DNA of 61,182 nucleotides, filler included, from Coriobacteriales bacterium (GTDB lineage: Bacteria > Actinomycetota > Coriobacteriia > Coriobacteriales > UBA8131): the NCBI GenBank assembly GCA_031263105.1. It is 7 parts of 7 records of this genome, joined end to end, with 100 filler letters (N's around TTAATTAATTAA, not from the genome) between each part and the next. Parts side by side here need not be neighbours in the genome. Positions count along the whole stretch, not along the records: positions 1 to 9,969 come from JAISGJ010000229.1; 6 more parts are not named here. One strand, written 5' to 3'. Under the pieces are notes generated by a model. The model ran no database searches, was not told the origin of the DNA, and was given only the letters and a program-made list of their open reading frames with translations. Position 1 is the stretch's first letter; each line of letters begins with the position of its first letter. Below are positions 1 through 9,311 of this stretch, in pieces. A program made the translations under genes and the position numbers.

Positions 1-217
1 CCCCCCCCCCGCCCCCCCAGGCTTCCCGGTCCCAACGAGCCCCACTTACCCCCCCCCCCCCCCGCCGGGGGGGGGGGGGGGGGGGGCATACTAGGTTGGA
101 AGAATGCGCGGTGCCGAGAGGGCGCCGTCCGCCAGCGCCGCCGGGCGGCATGCGCGGCCGGGCCTGTTCGAGGCTGCCCGCACAGGGAACGCTCGGAACG
201 GCAGAAGGGGAACCACC

Positions 218-2806
218 ATGGAACACGCACGCACCGCGCCGCGCAAGGACGCGCCACGCAAGGCACTGGCCTGCCTCCTGGCGGCCGTGCTCGCATTCTC
301 GCTCGCAGGCGCGCCCGTCGCCTACGGGGCCGAGGCGGCAGACGGGCCGGGCACGGAGGCGGCCGCAGCTCCCGGGGCCGCGCAGGATGCTGATGCGGGG
401 GAGGGTGTTGGGGGCGGCTTCGGGCCGGGCACCGGGGCGGGGGAGGATGTCGGGGGCATCGTCGGGCCGGATGCCGCCCTTGCCGTCGAAGGGGATGCCG
501 ACGGCGGCGCACAGGAGGTAGAACCCAGCGTCGAGCCGGACACCGAACCCGGCGACGCACAGGCCGCCGAGCCCGATAGCGTACAGGGCGCAGAGCCCGC
601 CGTCGGGCCGGATGCCGGGCCCGGCGTCGAAGGGGAAGCTGGCGACATCACACAGGGCACCGGCTCCGATGCCGCACAGGGTGCCGCCCCAGATGCGGAA
701 GGTTCCGCCGTGCCCCCTGCTGAGGCAGGGGAGGAGGCGGGTGACCTCGCGTCCTTGGCGAGTCACACCATCGACGTGTCCGCCGGGGTCGCAGGCGGCA
801 CGGGCTACACCTGGGACGCCACGACCAAGGTGGTGACCTTCACGGCGGCCGCCAAAGGGAGCACCTACACGCTCATCCAGACCGGGAAGCAGAACGCCCT
901 CGGCATCGTGGTTGCGAGCGGTGTCAGCACTACGATTACGCTCAAAAACCTCAATTTGGCGACGGAGCTTCCCTGCATCAAACTAGAGGGCACGGCGAAC
1001 CTGGCCCTCTCACTCGAAGGGACAAGCGAGCTGAAGTCGAGCTACAACGCAGGGATAGAGGTGACGCAGAGCGCCGTGCTTACCATCCAAGGCAAAGGGA
1101 AGCTGACAGCAACCAGCGACCACAACGGCGCAGGCATCGGAAGCAGTGAGGGCGGCTCCGGCGGCACCATAACCATCAGCGGCGGCACCGTCACAGCGAG
1201 CAGCTACAACAGTGCCGGCATCGGTGGCTCCGGCGGCGGAGTCGGTGGCAACATCAGCGTTACGAGCGGCACCGTCACGGCGACCGGCGGTATCAAGGGC
1301 GGCGCGGGCATCGGCGGCGGCGCCCGTGCCGTAGGCGACCCCTCCACCTCCGTCTCCATCGCGCCCGCCGCCACGGTCCGCGCCTTCGCCAAGGACGCGG
1401 CCACCCCTGCCATCGACGCCTACTGGGGCAACGCGGGGACGGGGCACTACGTGCTGGCCTACCTGGACGCGGCGCCCTGCGAGCGCACCCTCGCCTACTA
1501 CGCGGCAGGCTCCGCCTCGCGCACGGGTTCCCTCCCCCTCCCTGCGGGCTACTCCTCCTTCGCCTACACGACCGGCTCCGCCAAGGCGGGGACGCACCGC
1601 GTCTTCGCCTGGCAGGCGTCGCCTGCGGCCTACCTCGGGCGGGCCGAGCGCGTGTACGACTCCTCGCCCGACATCGCCTCCACCCTGAACGCCGCCCCCG
1701 TGGCGCTCAAGCTCAACGCGTCCGCCGCGGCACGCCCGCCGGACTGGCAGTACGCGGTCAGGCTCGACGCGAACGGCGGGAAGGTCGGCAAGGCCGCGTC
1801 CACGACCATGAAGCGGGCGAAGGGCACAGCGCTCGGCGCGCTGCCCACCCCAACACGCGCAGGACACGCCTTCCTCGGCTGGTACACGGGCAAGGCCACG
1901 GGCACGAGGGCCACCGCCTCGACGAAGGTCACGGGCGACGCGACCTACTGGGCGCACTGGAAGGCGAAGATCTACACCGTCAAGCTCGACGCCAACGGCG
2001 GCAAGGCCTCGCGGGCCTCCGTGAGGCGCGCCTACGGCTCCGCCATAGGGAAGCTCCCCAAAGCCGCGCGCGCCAACTGCACCTTCCTCGGCTGGTACAC
2101 CGCAAAGTCGGGCGGCAAGAAGGCGGGCACGGGTACGCGGGCCACCAAGGACACGACCTACTATGCCCGCTGGAAGGCCAACGGCCCCGTAGTCACCCTC
2201 GACGCCAACGGCGGCAAGGTCGGCAAGTCCGCCAGGGCGTCCCTGGTGCGCGCCAAGGGCGCGGCCATAGGCAAGCTCGCCACCCCGAAGCGCGCCGGCT
2301 ACACCTTCAAGGGATGGTTCACCGGCAAGGTGAGGGGCACGAGGGTCACCGCTGCCACGAGGGCCACAAGGAGCGTCACCCTCTACGCCCACTGGAAGGC
2401 CAAGAGCTACACCGTCAAGCTCAACGCCAACGGCGGCAGGCTCGGCAAGGCATCGACCTTCTCCACGAAGAGATCCCACGACGCGAAGTTCGGCAGGCTC
2501 GCGGCCCCCAAGCGCACAGGCTACAAATTCGATGGCTGGTACACCGCCAAGAGGGGCGGCACCAAGGTGACGGCCTCGACGATGGTCACCCGGGCCGTAA
2601 CCCACTACGCCCCCTGGAAGCGGGGGCGGTTGGGGGTGGGCGCAGGGGTGCGCAAGTTAATGTTCACCCCCCCCCCCCCCCCCCCCACTGTCATCCCGAG
2701 CCCGCCGAGGGATCTTTGGGTCCGAGCGCCCGGAAAACGCACCGCGTTTTCAGCGCGGACGGGCCGACAGGCCCACGGAACGCGAAGCGACCAACAGCAG
2801 GTCTGA
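218..2806 (+). CDS. Secreted/surface protein with acidic linker, GAGIGG beta-helix-like repeats and C-terminal InlB B-type repeats
   Basis: ATG 218 after GAAGGGG; signal peptide (RKALACLLAAVLAFSLAGAPVAYG); four V.L(D/N)ANGG...F.GW(Y/F)T.K..G...Y(W/Y)A.WK repeats. The true stop is probably near 2625; the ORF runs through G/C homopolymers into the repeat element. Confidence 0.8.
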   Translation: MEHARTAPRKDAPRKALACLLAAVLAFSLAGAPVAYGAEAADGPGTEAAAAPGAAQDADAGEGVGGGFGPGTGAGEDVGGIVGPDAALAVEGDADGGAQEVEPSVEPDTEPGDAQAAEPDSVQGAEPAVGPDAGPGVEGEAGDITQGTGSDAAQGAAPDAEGSAVPPAEAGEEAGDLASLASHTIDVSAGVAGGTGYTWDATTKVVTFTAAAKGSTYTLIQTGKQNALGIVVASGVSTTITLKNLNLATELPCIKLEGTANLALSLEGTSELKSSYNAGIEVTQSAVLTIQGKGKLTATSDHNGAGIGSSEGGSGGTITISGGTVTASSYNSAGIGGSGGGVGGNISVTSGTVTATGGIKGGAGIGGGARAVGDPSTSVSIAPAATVRAFAKDAATPAIDAYWGNAGTGHYVLAYLDAAPCERTLAYYAAGSASRTGSLPLPAGYSSFAYTTGSAKAGTHRVFAWQASPAAYLGRAERVYDSSPDIASTLNAAPVALKLNASAAARPPDWQYAVRLDANGGKVGKAASTTMKRAKGTALGALPTPTRAGHAFLGWYTGKATGTRATASTKVTGDATYWAHWKAKIYTVKLDANGGKASRASVRRAYGSAIGKLPKAARANCTFLGWYTAKSGGKKAGTGTRATKDTTYYARWKANGPVVTLDANGGKVGKSARASLVRAKGAAIGKLATPKRAGYTFKGWFTGKVRGTRVTAATRATRSVTLYAHWKAKSYTVKLNANGGRLGKASTFSTKRSHDAKFGRLAAPKRTGYKFDGWYTAKRGGTKVTASTMVTRAVTHYAPWKRGRLGVGAGVRKLMFTPPPPPPTVIPSPPRDLWVRAPGKRTAFSARTGRQAHGTRSDQQQV

Positions 2807-3006
2807 GAGCCCTTCGACCTACTGTCGACCGCTGGCGCGGTCGAAGATTCCTCGGCAGGCTCGGAATGACAGTGGGGTGTGGACAGTGGGGTGTGGACAG
2901 TGGGGTGTGGACAGTGGGGTGTGGACAGTGGGGTGTGGACAGTGGGGGTGTGGACAGTGGGGGTGTGGACAGTGGGGGTGTGGGCAGTGGGGGTGTGGGC
3001 AGCAAC
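2656..3006. mobile_element. GTTAC-TIR palindromic element, copy 1, with 14/15-nt tandem expansion of its right end
   Basis: gttaatgttcac-polyC-cactgtcatcccgagc ... gctcggaatgacagtgggg, then (ggacagtgggg[g]tgt)n at about 2867-3000, ending gggcagcaac. Confidence 0.85.
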
Positions 3007-3090
3007 CCGGTAGGCGCAGCGGCGCGGCGGCGGCGCGGCGGCGGGCGGCGCGGCGGCGGTTGCCGCTGGGCCGCACGCGGCGAACAAGGG

Positions 3091-3113
3091 TATACTGGTA
3101 CGTTCAACGTACC
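3091..3113 (+). promoter_or_regulatory. Putative -10 box (TATACT) followed by a perfect palindrome
   Basis: TATACT 3091-3096, then GGTACGTT-C-AACGTACC 3097-3113, upstream of the ACP operon. Confidence 0.45.
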
Positions 3114-3132
3114 GGACATGAGGAGCAGCGTA

Positions 3133-3375
3133 ATGGCAGACATCGAGAACTATCGGCAGGCCTTTGTGGAGACCTTGGAGATCGACGAGGGCCAATTGGG
3201 AGCGGACCTGCTCTATCAGAGCGTGGAGACCTGGGACAGCGTCGGGCACATGCAGCTGGTCACGGCCTTGGAGGACGCCTTCGACATCATGCTCGACACC
3301 GACGACATCATAGACCTCAGCTCCTACCTTGCGGGAATCGAGATACTGAAGAAATATGACGTCTCGTTCGATTGA
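3133..3375 (+). CDS. Acyl carrier protein
   Basis: AGGAG RBS; 80 aa acidic protein; WDSVGHM phosphopantetheine-serine motif. Confidence 0.9.
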   Translation: MADIENYRQAFVETLEIDEGQLGADLLYQSVETWDSVGHMQLVTALEDAFDIMLDTDDIIDLSSYLAGIEILKKYDVSFD

Positions 3376-4810
3376 GCAGCTGGAACGGTACGGCGAGGAC
3401 ATCGCCTGCATAGAGTCCGGCGAGCGCTTCACGTACCGGCAGCTGCTCGCGGCGGCCGACGGGGTAGCCGCTCCGATCGACGGGCGCCCCCTGGTCGCGC
3501 TGTCGGCGGCGAACACCGTCCCTTCCCTGGCCGCGTACCTCGGCTTCCTGAGACGGGGCATACCGGTGATGCTGCTGCCTTCCGACATGAGGCAGGACGT
3601 CCTGCAGGAGACGCTCGCGGCCTACCGTCCCGGCTATCTCTTCGCGCCGCTCGGCGCGTGGGAGCGGGAGGCGCCCCGTTCCCTCTGCTCGTTCAGGGGC
3701 CACGCCCTGTTCGATGTCGGGGAGCTCGGGGCCCGGGGCGTCGCGGGGGCACCCGGCTCCCAAGGCGTGCCGGACGCGCCTGTCCCCCTCCACCCCGACC
3801 TGGCCCTCCTGCTGACCACGTCGGGCTCCACCGGCTCCCGCAAGTACGTGCGCCTCTCCGTGCGGAACCTCAACGCCAACGCCCGCTCCATCGCCGACTA
3901 TCTGGGCATCGGGCCAGGCGACCGCGCCATCACGACGCTGCCCTTCTCGTACTCCTATGGGCTCTCCATCATCAACAGCCACCTGCTTGAGGGCGCGACC
4001 CTCGTCCTCAACGAGGATCCTCTCGTCAACCGGCGCTTCTGGGACACGCTGCGCGAGCAGGAGGCCACGACCTTCGGCGGGGTCCCCTACACCTACTCCC
4101 TGCTCAAGCGCCTGCGCTTCGAGCGCATGGACCTGCCGTCCCTCAGATACCTGACGCAGGCCGGCGGCCGTCTGGGCGAGGAGCTCCATCGGGAGTTCGC
4201 CGAGACCTGCGCAAGGAAGGGCATCGGCTTCGTCGTCATGTACGGGCAGACGGAGGCCACGGCGCGGATGTCCTATCTGGCGGCATCGGACGCGTCGCGG
4301 TTCATAGGCAGCGTGGGGAAGGCCATCCCCGGAGGCCGGTTCGAGCTGCGGGGCGCCGACGGGGAGACGGTCGAGCGCCCCGGCGAGGAGGGCGAGCTCG
4401 TCTACTTTGGCGACAACGTCTCCTTGGGCTATGCCGAACAGGCCTCCGACCTTGCAAAAGGCGACGAGAACTGCGGCCGGCTGGAGACGGGCGACATCGC
4501 GAGAAGGGACGAGGAGGGCAACTGCTACATCGTCGGCAGGAAGAAGCGCTTCCTGAAGATACACGGCAAGCGGACGAACTTGGACGAGCTGGACGCCCTT
4601 CTCGAACGGGAGGGGTTCTCTGCGGCATCCACAGGAAGCGACGACAGGCTCATGGTCTATACTGACATGGACGACCCGGACGCGATCAGGACCTTCCTCA
4701 TCAGGACGATCGGCCTGAACAAGGGCACCTTCGAGATACGGCGCATCGAGGCCATCCCAAGGAGCGATTCCGGGAAGGTGCGGTATTCCGCCTTGGAGGA
4801 CAGGCGCTAG
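3356..4810 (+). CDS. AMP-binding acyl-CoA/ACP ligase
   Basis: TTSGSTGSRK P-loop, MYGQTEA, TGDIA and GRKKRFLK adenylation motifs. Confidence 0.9.
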   Translation: MTSRSIEQLERYGEDIACIESGERFTYRQLLAAADGVAAPIDGRPLVALSAANTVPSLAAYLGFLRRGIPVMLLPSDMRQDVLQETLAAYRPGYLFAPLGAWEREAPRSLCSFRGHALFDVGELGARGVAGAPGSQGVPDAPVPLHPDLALLLTTSGSTGSRKYVRLSVRNLNANARSIADYLGIGPGDRAITTLPFSYSYGLSIINSHLLEGATLVLNEDPLVNRRFWDTLREQEATTFGGVPYTYSLLKRLRFERMDLPSLRYLTQAGGRLGEELHREFAETCARKGIGFVVMYGQTEATARMSYLAASDASRFIGSVGKAIPGGRFELRGADGETVERPGEEGELVYFGDNVSLGYAEQASDLAKGDENCGRLETGDIARRDEEGNCYIVGRKKRFLKIHGKRTNLDELDALLEREGFSAASTGSDDRLMVYTDMDDPDAIRTFLIRTIGLNKGTFEIRRIEAIPRSDSGKVRYSALEDRR

Positions 4811-4850
4811 CGAGATGCGAGCGAGACGCGAGCGAGATGCGAGAGAGATG
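4809..4850. repeat. 11-nt tandem repeat, about 4 copies
   Basis: agcgagatgcg agcgagacgcg agcgagatgcg agagagatg between the ligase stop and the next start. Confidence 0.7.
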
Positions 4851-5891
4851 CTGGACTACGACGACATATTCGTGACAGGGCCCTTCTCCCTCGACGCCCG
4901 GGCCAAGTCCTCCTTGCACAGGGACTGGCTTTCGAGGCTGGGGGAGCACCACCGGAGGCTCTGTGGGCCCTACGACCGCCTCTGTGCGGCGCTGGGCGAC
5001 TCTCCCGCGCTGCCCGTCAGGCTCTTCAAGGAGCACGACCTGCGCAGCGTCGAAGCGGGCGACGTCGTCAAGACCATGACGTCCTCGGGCACCACGGGGC
5101 AGCAGGTCTCCCGGATCTACCTTGACAAGGCGACCTCCGCGCGGCAGTCCAAGGCCCTCTCGAAGATAACCTCCGACTTCATCGGCAAGCAGCGGCTGCC
5201 GATGCTCGTGATCGACAGCGCGTCCGTCCTGAAGGACCGCGCCCTGTTCTCGGCCCGGGGGGCCGGCATCCTGGGGTTCTCGATGCTGGGGCGCGACGTC
5301 ACCTATGCCCTGGACGAGGGGATGGACATCGACTACGGGAAGGTGGACGCCTTCGTCGAGAAGCACCGTGGCCGCGACGTCCTTCTGTTCGGCTTCACCT
5401 TCATGGTATGGCAGCACCTCTGCCTCGCGTTGCGACGCTCCGAACGAAGGCTCGACCTCCAGGGCTTCCTTGTCCACGGCGGCGGCTGGAAGAAGCTCGG
5501 GGACCTCGCGGTGGGCAACGAGGCGTTCAGGCAGACGGTCACCGAGCTGACGGGCATCAGGGGAATCCATAACTACTACGGCATGGTGGAGCAGACGGGC
5601 TCGATATTCATGGAGTGCGAGCACGGCCACCTCCATGCCTCGCTGTTCTCCGATGTGGACATCTTCGACCCTCTGACGCTCAGGCCCGGCCACGCCGGGC
5701 GCGGCTACGTCTGCACGACCTCCCTTTTGCCCACGAGTTATCCCGGCCACATCCTCCTGACCGAGGACGAGGGGGAGCTGATGGGCGAGGACGACTGTCC
5801 CTGCGGCAGGCTCGGCAGGTACTTCAGGGTCTTCGGCAGGATGCCCGGGGCCGAGATAAGGGGGTGCAGCGACACCTATGCCGTCCGTTGA
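4848..5891 (+). CDS. LuxE/PaaK-family acyl-protein synthetase
   Basis: LPVRLFK, TSSGTTG, HGGGWK, YYGMVEQ, LLTEDEG, CPCGR.G and EIRGCS motifs. Confidence 0.85.
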   Translation: MLDYDDIFVTGPFSLDARAKSSLHRDWLSRLGEHHRRLCGPYDRLCAALGDSPALPVRLFKEHDLRSVEAGDVVKTMTSSGTTGQQVSRIYLDKATSARQSKALSKITSDFIGKQRLPMLVIDSASVLKDRALFSARGAGILGFSMLGRDVTYALDEGMDIDYGKVDAFVEKHRGRDVLLFGFTFMVWQHLCLALRRSERRLDLQGFLVHGGGWKKLGDLAVGNEAFRQTVTELTGIRGIHNYYGMVEQTGSIFMECEHGHLHASLFSDVDIFDPLTLRPGHAGRGYVCTTSLLPTSYPGHILLTEDEGELMGEDDCPCGRLGRYFRVFGRMPGAEIRGCSDTYAVR

Positions 5892-7086
5892 GCTCGACAG
5901 GGAGAGGCTGGCCGACGTGACGGTCGTGGCGGGGTCGCTGGACGTCTCCAACACGCCGCTGCCCCCGTTCTCCGAGGCCGCCCTCGCCTTTCTCGCCGAC
6001 CTTTCGGGCACCCTGTTGCGGGACAAGGGGATTCGTCGGTCCCCCGATGTCGCAGCCTTCGCGTACTGGTGCAGGGCGGCGCAGCTGCGGGGCCTCGAAC
6101 AGGCCTTCCGGGCGCAGGACGGGTCCGCAGGCAGGATCGGCAGGGGACTGGCCTTCCATGTCACGCCTGCGAACGTGCCGGTGAACTTCGCCTTCTCCTT
6201 CGCCTTCTCCCTTCTCGCGGGCAACGCGAACATCGTCAGGGTGCCTTCCCGGCGGTTTGCCCAGGTCGAGACGATCTGCTCGGCCGCAGACGGCCTTCTG
6301 GGGGCGCACCCGGAGATAGCGGCCCGCTCTGCCTTCGTCCGCTATCCCGCGGCCTCGGCCGCCACGGAGGAGTTCTCCCGTAACGCCGACGCCCGCCTCA
6401 TCTGGGGCGGCGACGCGACCATCGCCACGATAGGCGCCCTGCCCAAGGCCCCCCGCTGCAAGGACGTCAACTTCGCGGACCGCTATTCGGTCGCCGTCAT
6501 CGACGGGGCGGCGGTCGCGGGCGCCGGCGCCGAAGAGCTGGAAAGGCTCGCCGAGGCCTTCTACAACGACACCTACCTGATGGACCAGAACGCCTGCTCC
6601 TCGCCGCATACCGTCTTCTGGCTCAACGCGGACGACGCGGCAAAGGGGCGCTTCTGGGCGGCGGTACGGGACTTAGCGGCGCAGAGGTACACGCTTCAGT
6701 CGCAGGTCGTCATGGACAAGTACGTCCAGCTGTCAGGGGACGTCATCAGGGGGACAAGCTCGCGGCGCGTCGAGTTCGACGCCCTGCTCACGGTCGTCGC
6801 CGTCGACGAGCTGCCGCACGACCTCTGCGGCCTGCGGGGCGTCGGGGGCTATTTCTACCAGGCGGACATCGACAGGCTCGACCGCCTGGCGCCGCTCGTC
6901 AACGACCGGTACCAGACCGTGCTCTATCACGGGATCGACCCGCTGCTCCTGCGGGGGCTGGTCATCGACAACCGCCTGCGGGGCATCGACCGGATCGTGC
7001 CGATCGGGAAGGCGATGGACATAGACATCGTCTGGGACGGCTACGACTTGGCTATGGAGCTCTCCCGGATCGTGGATGTGAGGTAG
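5878..7086 (+). CDS. LuxC-family acyl-CoA reductase
   Basis: GRGLAFHVTPANVP, WGGDATI, FADRYS, DQNACSSP (catalytic Cys), WDGYD. Confidence 0.85.
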   Translation: MPSVELDRERLADVTVVAGSLDVSNTPLPPFSEAALAFLADLSGTLLRDKGIRRSPDVAAFAYWCRAAQLRGLEQAFRAQDGSAGRIGRGLAFHVTPANVPVNFAFSFAFSLLAGNANIVRVPSRRFAQVETICSAADGLLGAHPEIAARSAFVRYPAASAATEEFSRNADARLIWGGDATIATIGALPKAPRCKDVNFADRYSVAVIDGAAVAGAGAEELERLAEAFYNDTYLMDQNACSSPHTVFWLNADDAAKGRFWAAVRDLAAQRYTLQSQVVMDKYVQLSGDVIRGTSSRRVEFDALLTVVAVDELPHDLCGLRGVGGYFYQADIDRLDRLAPLVNDRYQTVLYHGIDPLLLRGLVIDNRLRGIDRIVPIGKAMDIDIVWDGYDLAMELSRIVDVR

Positions 7087-7092
7087 GCTGCC

Positions 7093-7833
7093 ATGACTGC
7101 TCTTCTCGAAGACAAGGTATGCGTGGTCACCGGTGCCAACCGGGGCATCGGCCGCGCCGTCGCGAGGCTCTTCGTCGCGGAGGGGGCGTGCGTCTATGCC
7201 TGCGCTCGGCGCGACGGCTCCCTCGACGCGCTCGTGGGGGACTGCGGCCCTGAGCGCCTCGTGCCCCTCTACTTCGACGTCACCGACACGAAGGGGATGA
7301 AGGCGGCCTTCCTGCAGGTCCGCAAGGAGCAGGGGCGCCTCGATGCCCTGGTCAACAATGCGGGCATCATGAAGGACGCCCTCATCGGCATGATAGCCCC
7401 CGAGCTCGTCTCCGAGGTGTTCGAGGTCAACGTGTCGGCCACGATCGCCGCGCTCCAGTTCGCTGCGGGTCTCATGCGCCGCCAGGGGTCCGGCAGCATC
7501 ATCAACTTCTCCTCGATCGTCGGGGTCGAGGGGGTCGCCGGGCAGGCCGTGTACGCAGCATCCAAAGGGGCGGTCGTCGCCCTGACGAAGGCGGCGGCCA
7601 AGGAGCTCGCCCCCCAGGGGGTACGCGTGAACGCCGTCGCCCCCGGCTTCATCGACACGGACCTGTTCCGCTCGATAGGGGAGAAGAGGGTCGAGGGCGC
7701 AAGCGGCAACGTGGGCATGGGCCGCCTGGGGACCCCGGACGACGTGGCCCGTGCCTGCGCCTTCCTCGCCTCCGACCTCTCGGACTACGTCACCGGCCAG
7801 ATCCTCGGCATCGACGGCTCCGCAAGGGTGTAG
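7093..7833 (+). CDS. SDR oxidoreductase, FabG-like
   Basis: TGANRGIG, NNAG, YAASK, VNAVAPG. Confidence 0.9.
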   Translation: MTALLEDKVCVVTGANRGIGRAVARLFVAEGACVYACARRDGSLDALVGDCGPERLVPLYFDVTDTKGMKAAFLQVRKEQGRLDALVNNAGIMKDALIGMIAPELVSEVFEVNVSATIAALQFAAGLMRRQGSGSIINFSSIVGVEGVAGQAVYAASKGAVVALTKAAAKELAPQGVRVNAVAPGFIDTDLFRSIGEKRVEGASGNVGMGRLGTPDDVARACAFLASDLSDYVTGQILGIDGSARV

Positions 7834-7853
7834 GAGCGCCACCGCGCTGTCCC

Positions 7854-8603
7854 CTATGCCTGGGGCTGGCGAATCATGCGGTACTCCGTGAGTCCCAGAT
7901 CGGGCATGGGCGTCGTGCCGGTCACCTCGAAGCCCCGGCTCCCATAGAGGGCGGCCAGGTGCCCGGTGTAGCATTCCAGGAACAGGGGCATGCCGAGCCG
8001 GTCGCATTCGGCGGCGACGGGGCCCATCAGGTGGTCGAACGCGCCCGTCCCCCGGCAGGCCGCATCGACGCAGATCGCGTAGAGGTAGCGGAAGTCCCCC
8101 GTGCAGAGGCCTCCCATCCACTGCCCGTTCGAGAAGGCCTCCATCTGTTCAAGCCGGGCCGAGAGCAGCGTGCGGCTTTGGGGAGGCAAGGCCTCGCAGC
8201 CTTTCTCGAAGCCCCGTGTGCGCAGGGCGTCGAAGTCGGAGGCCGTCGGCATGTCCCTGCCCCCCACGAGGGCCAGCCCGACGGGCGGGGGCGCAGCGCC
8301 TGTGGCGCCTGTGTCGCCGTCTGCGACATCCGCGTTGCCCCCGCCGCTCGCAGCGCCCCCGCTGCCCGTCCTGCTCGCCACGAGGACGCCGCCCCATGCC
8401 GCGAAGCACGCGAGGTCCGTCCGACAGCTGCCGAGCAGGAAGGCCTGCTGTTCCTCACAGCTGGGAAGCACCTCTACAAGGGCCGCATTCCAGGGTTCCT
8501 CGGCGAAGCATCGCGCGAAAAGGGCCGTTGCGGCATCGCGCTCGTCGTCTCCGAGGAGGTGCGCCTCCGCCAGTGGAGTTACTGTACGCATCCCCACTGT
8601 CAT
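7854..8603 (-). CDS. GNAT-family acetyltransferase; the ancestral 5' end (8974-9004) is separated by element copy 2
   Basis: YLYAICVDAACRGTGA acetyl-CoA motif, PLFLEC, LYGSRGF. In-frame ATGs at 8603 and 8591 both lie inside the element terminus. Confidence 0.75.
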   Translation of the reverse strand: MTVGMRTVTPLAEAHLLGDDERDAATALFARCFAEEPWNAALVEVLPSCEEQQAFLLGSCRTDLACFAAWGGVLVASRTGSGGAASGGGNADVADGDTGATGAAPPPVGLALVGGRDMPTASDFDALRTRGFEKGCEALPPQSRTLLSARLEQMEAFSNGQWMGGLCTGDFRYLYAICVDAACRGTGAFDHLMGPVAAECDRLGMPLFLECYTGHLAALYGSRGFEVTGTTPMPDLGLTEYRMIRQPQA

Positions 8604-8973
8604 TCCGCACACCCCACTGTCATTCCGAGTCCTTCGGCTGCGCTCAGGAGAAACTCCGCCGAGGAATCCTTGGGTCCGAGCGCCCGGAAGACGCACCGCG
8701 TTTTCAGCGAGGACGGCGCGACAGTCCGGCGGACTGTCGCGGGGCGAAGCTGCGTTGGGAAACAGCCCAGTGGGCTGTTTCCGGGCGAAGCTGCGAAGCA
8801 GCGCGTGAGCCCCTGAGCGGGTGAGCCCATGGGACCGACAGGCCCACGGGACGCGAAGCAGCCGACTGCGGGCAGATGCGTCTCTCCGGCTGCAGTTGTG
8901 CGCTGGCGCGTCCAAGGATTCCTCGGCTTCGCTTCGCTGCGCTCGGAATGACAGTGGGGGCGTGAACAGTAAT
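8578..8973. mobile_element. GTTAC-TIR palindromic element, copy 2 (longest, 396 bp)
   Basis: gttactgtacgcatccccactgtcattcc ... ggaatgacagtgggggcgtgaacagtaat; flanks ccagtgga / ccagcgag (5/8 match). Confidence 0.9.
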
Positions 8974-9311
8974 CCAGCGAGGGCCTGCGTCGTTCGTTCG
9001 TCATGGTGCGTCCTTCTGCAATCGAGAATCAGGTAACCTTATAAGCATAGGGGGCAAGGTGAGGGCGCACAGGCAGACGCATGGTCGGCCCTGCCCGTCG
9101 GCCCCACGTCCGTTGGCAAACGGGAGCAGGCCTCTGATGCGGCCGCAGCAGGGACGCTCGCGAGGCAGCGCCATTCGGGGAATTTTGAGGAATTTCGCAG
9201 CACCTGCAACAATCCGGGTGCCTGAATCGTGTTCTCTATGACGTCTGGACATGCACGTGCGGAAAGGAAGCCCGGCTCTATTCGGCGGAAACGGCTTGGA
9301 GCATCGGCCTG

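Noticed and set aside
1..87. Poly-C/poly-G runs here and at about 2667-2686, 10070-10121, 18688-18706, 44010-44062 and 55686-55706 as G-quadruplex or phase-variation tracts
   Set aside because: They cluster at contig edges and hairpin ends where short-read base calling fails, so they are most likely artefacts.
2606..2806. Surface protein C-terminus fused to element copy 1 as a real exaptation
   Set aside because: The junction contains G/C-rich low-quality sequence (HYAPWK where other repeats have (Y/W)AHWK or YARWK), so the missing stop is probably a sequencing error.
2867..3000. Short repeat array as a CRISPR array
   Set aside because: Head-to-tail units have no unique spacers, derive from the element terminus, and no cas genes are present. 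The same applies to 9756-9935, 18700-18780 and 51310-51380.
3133..7086. Bioluminescence operon
   Set aside because: No luxA/luxB luciferase or luxD is present; only the acyl-activating and reducing homologs are.
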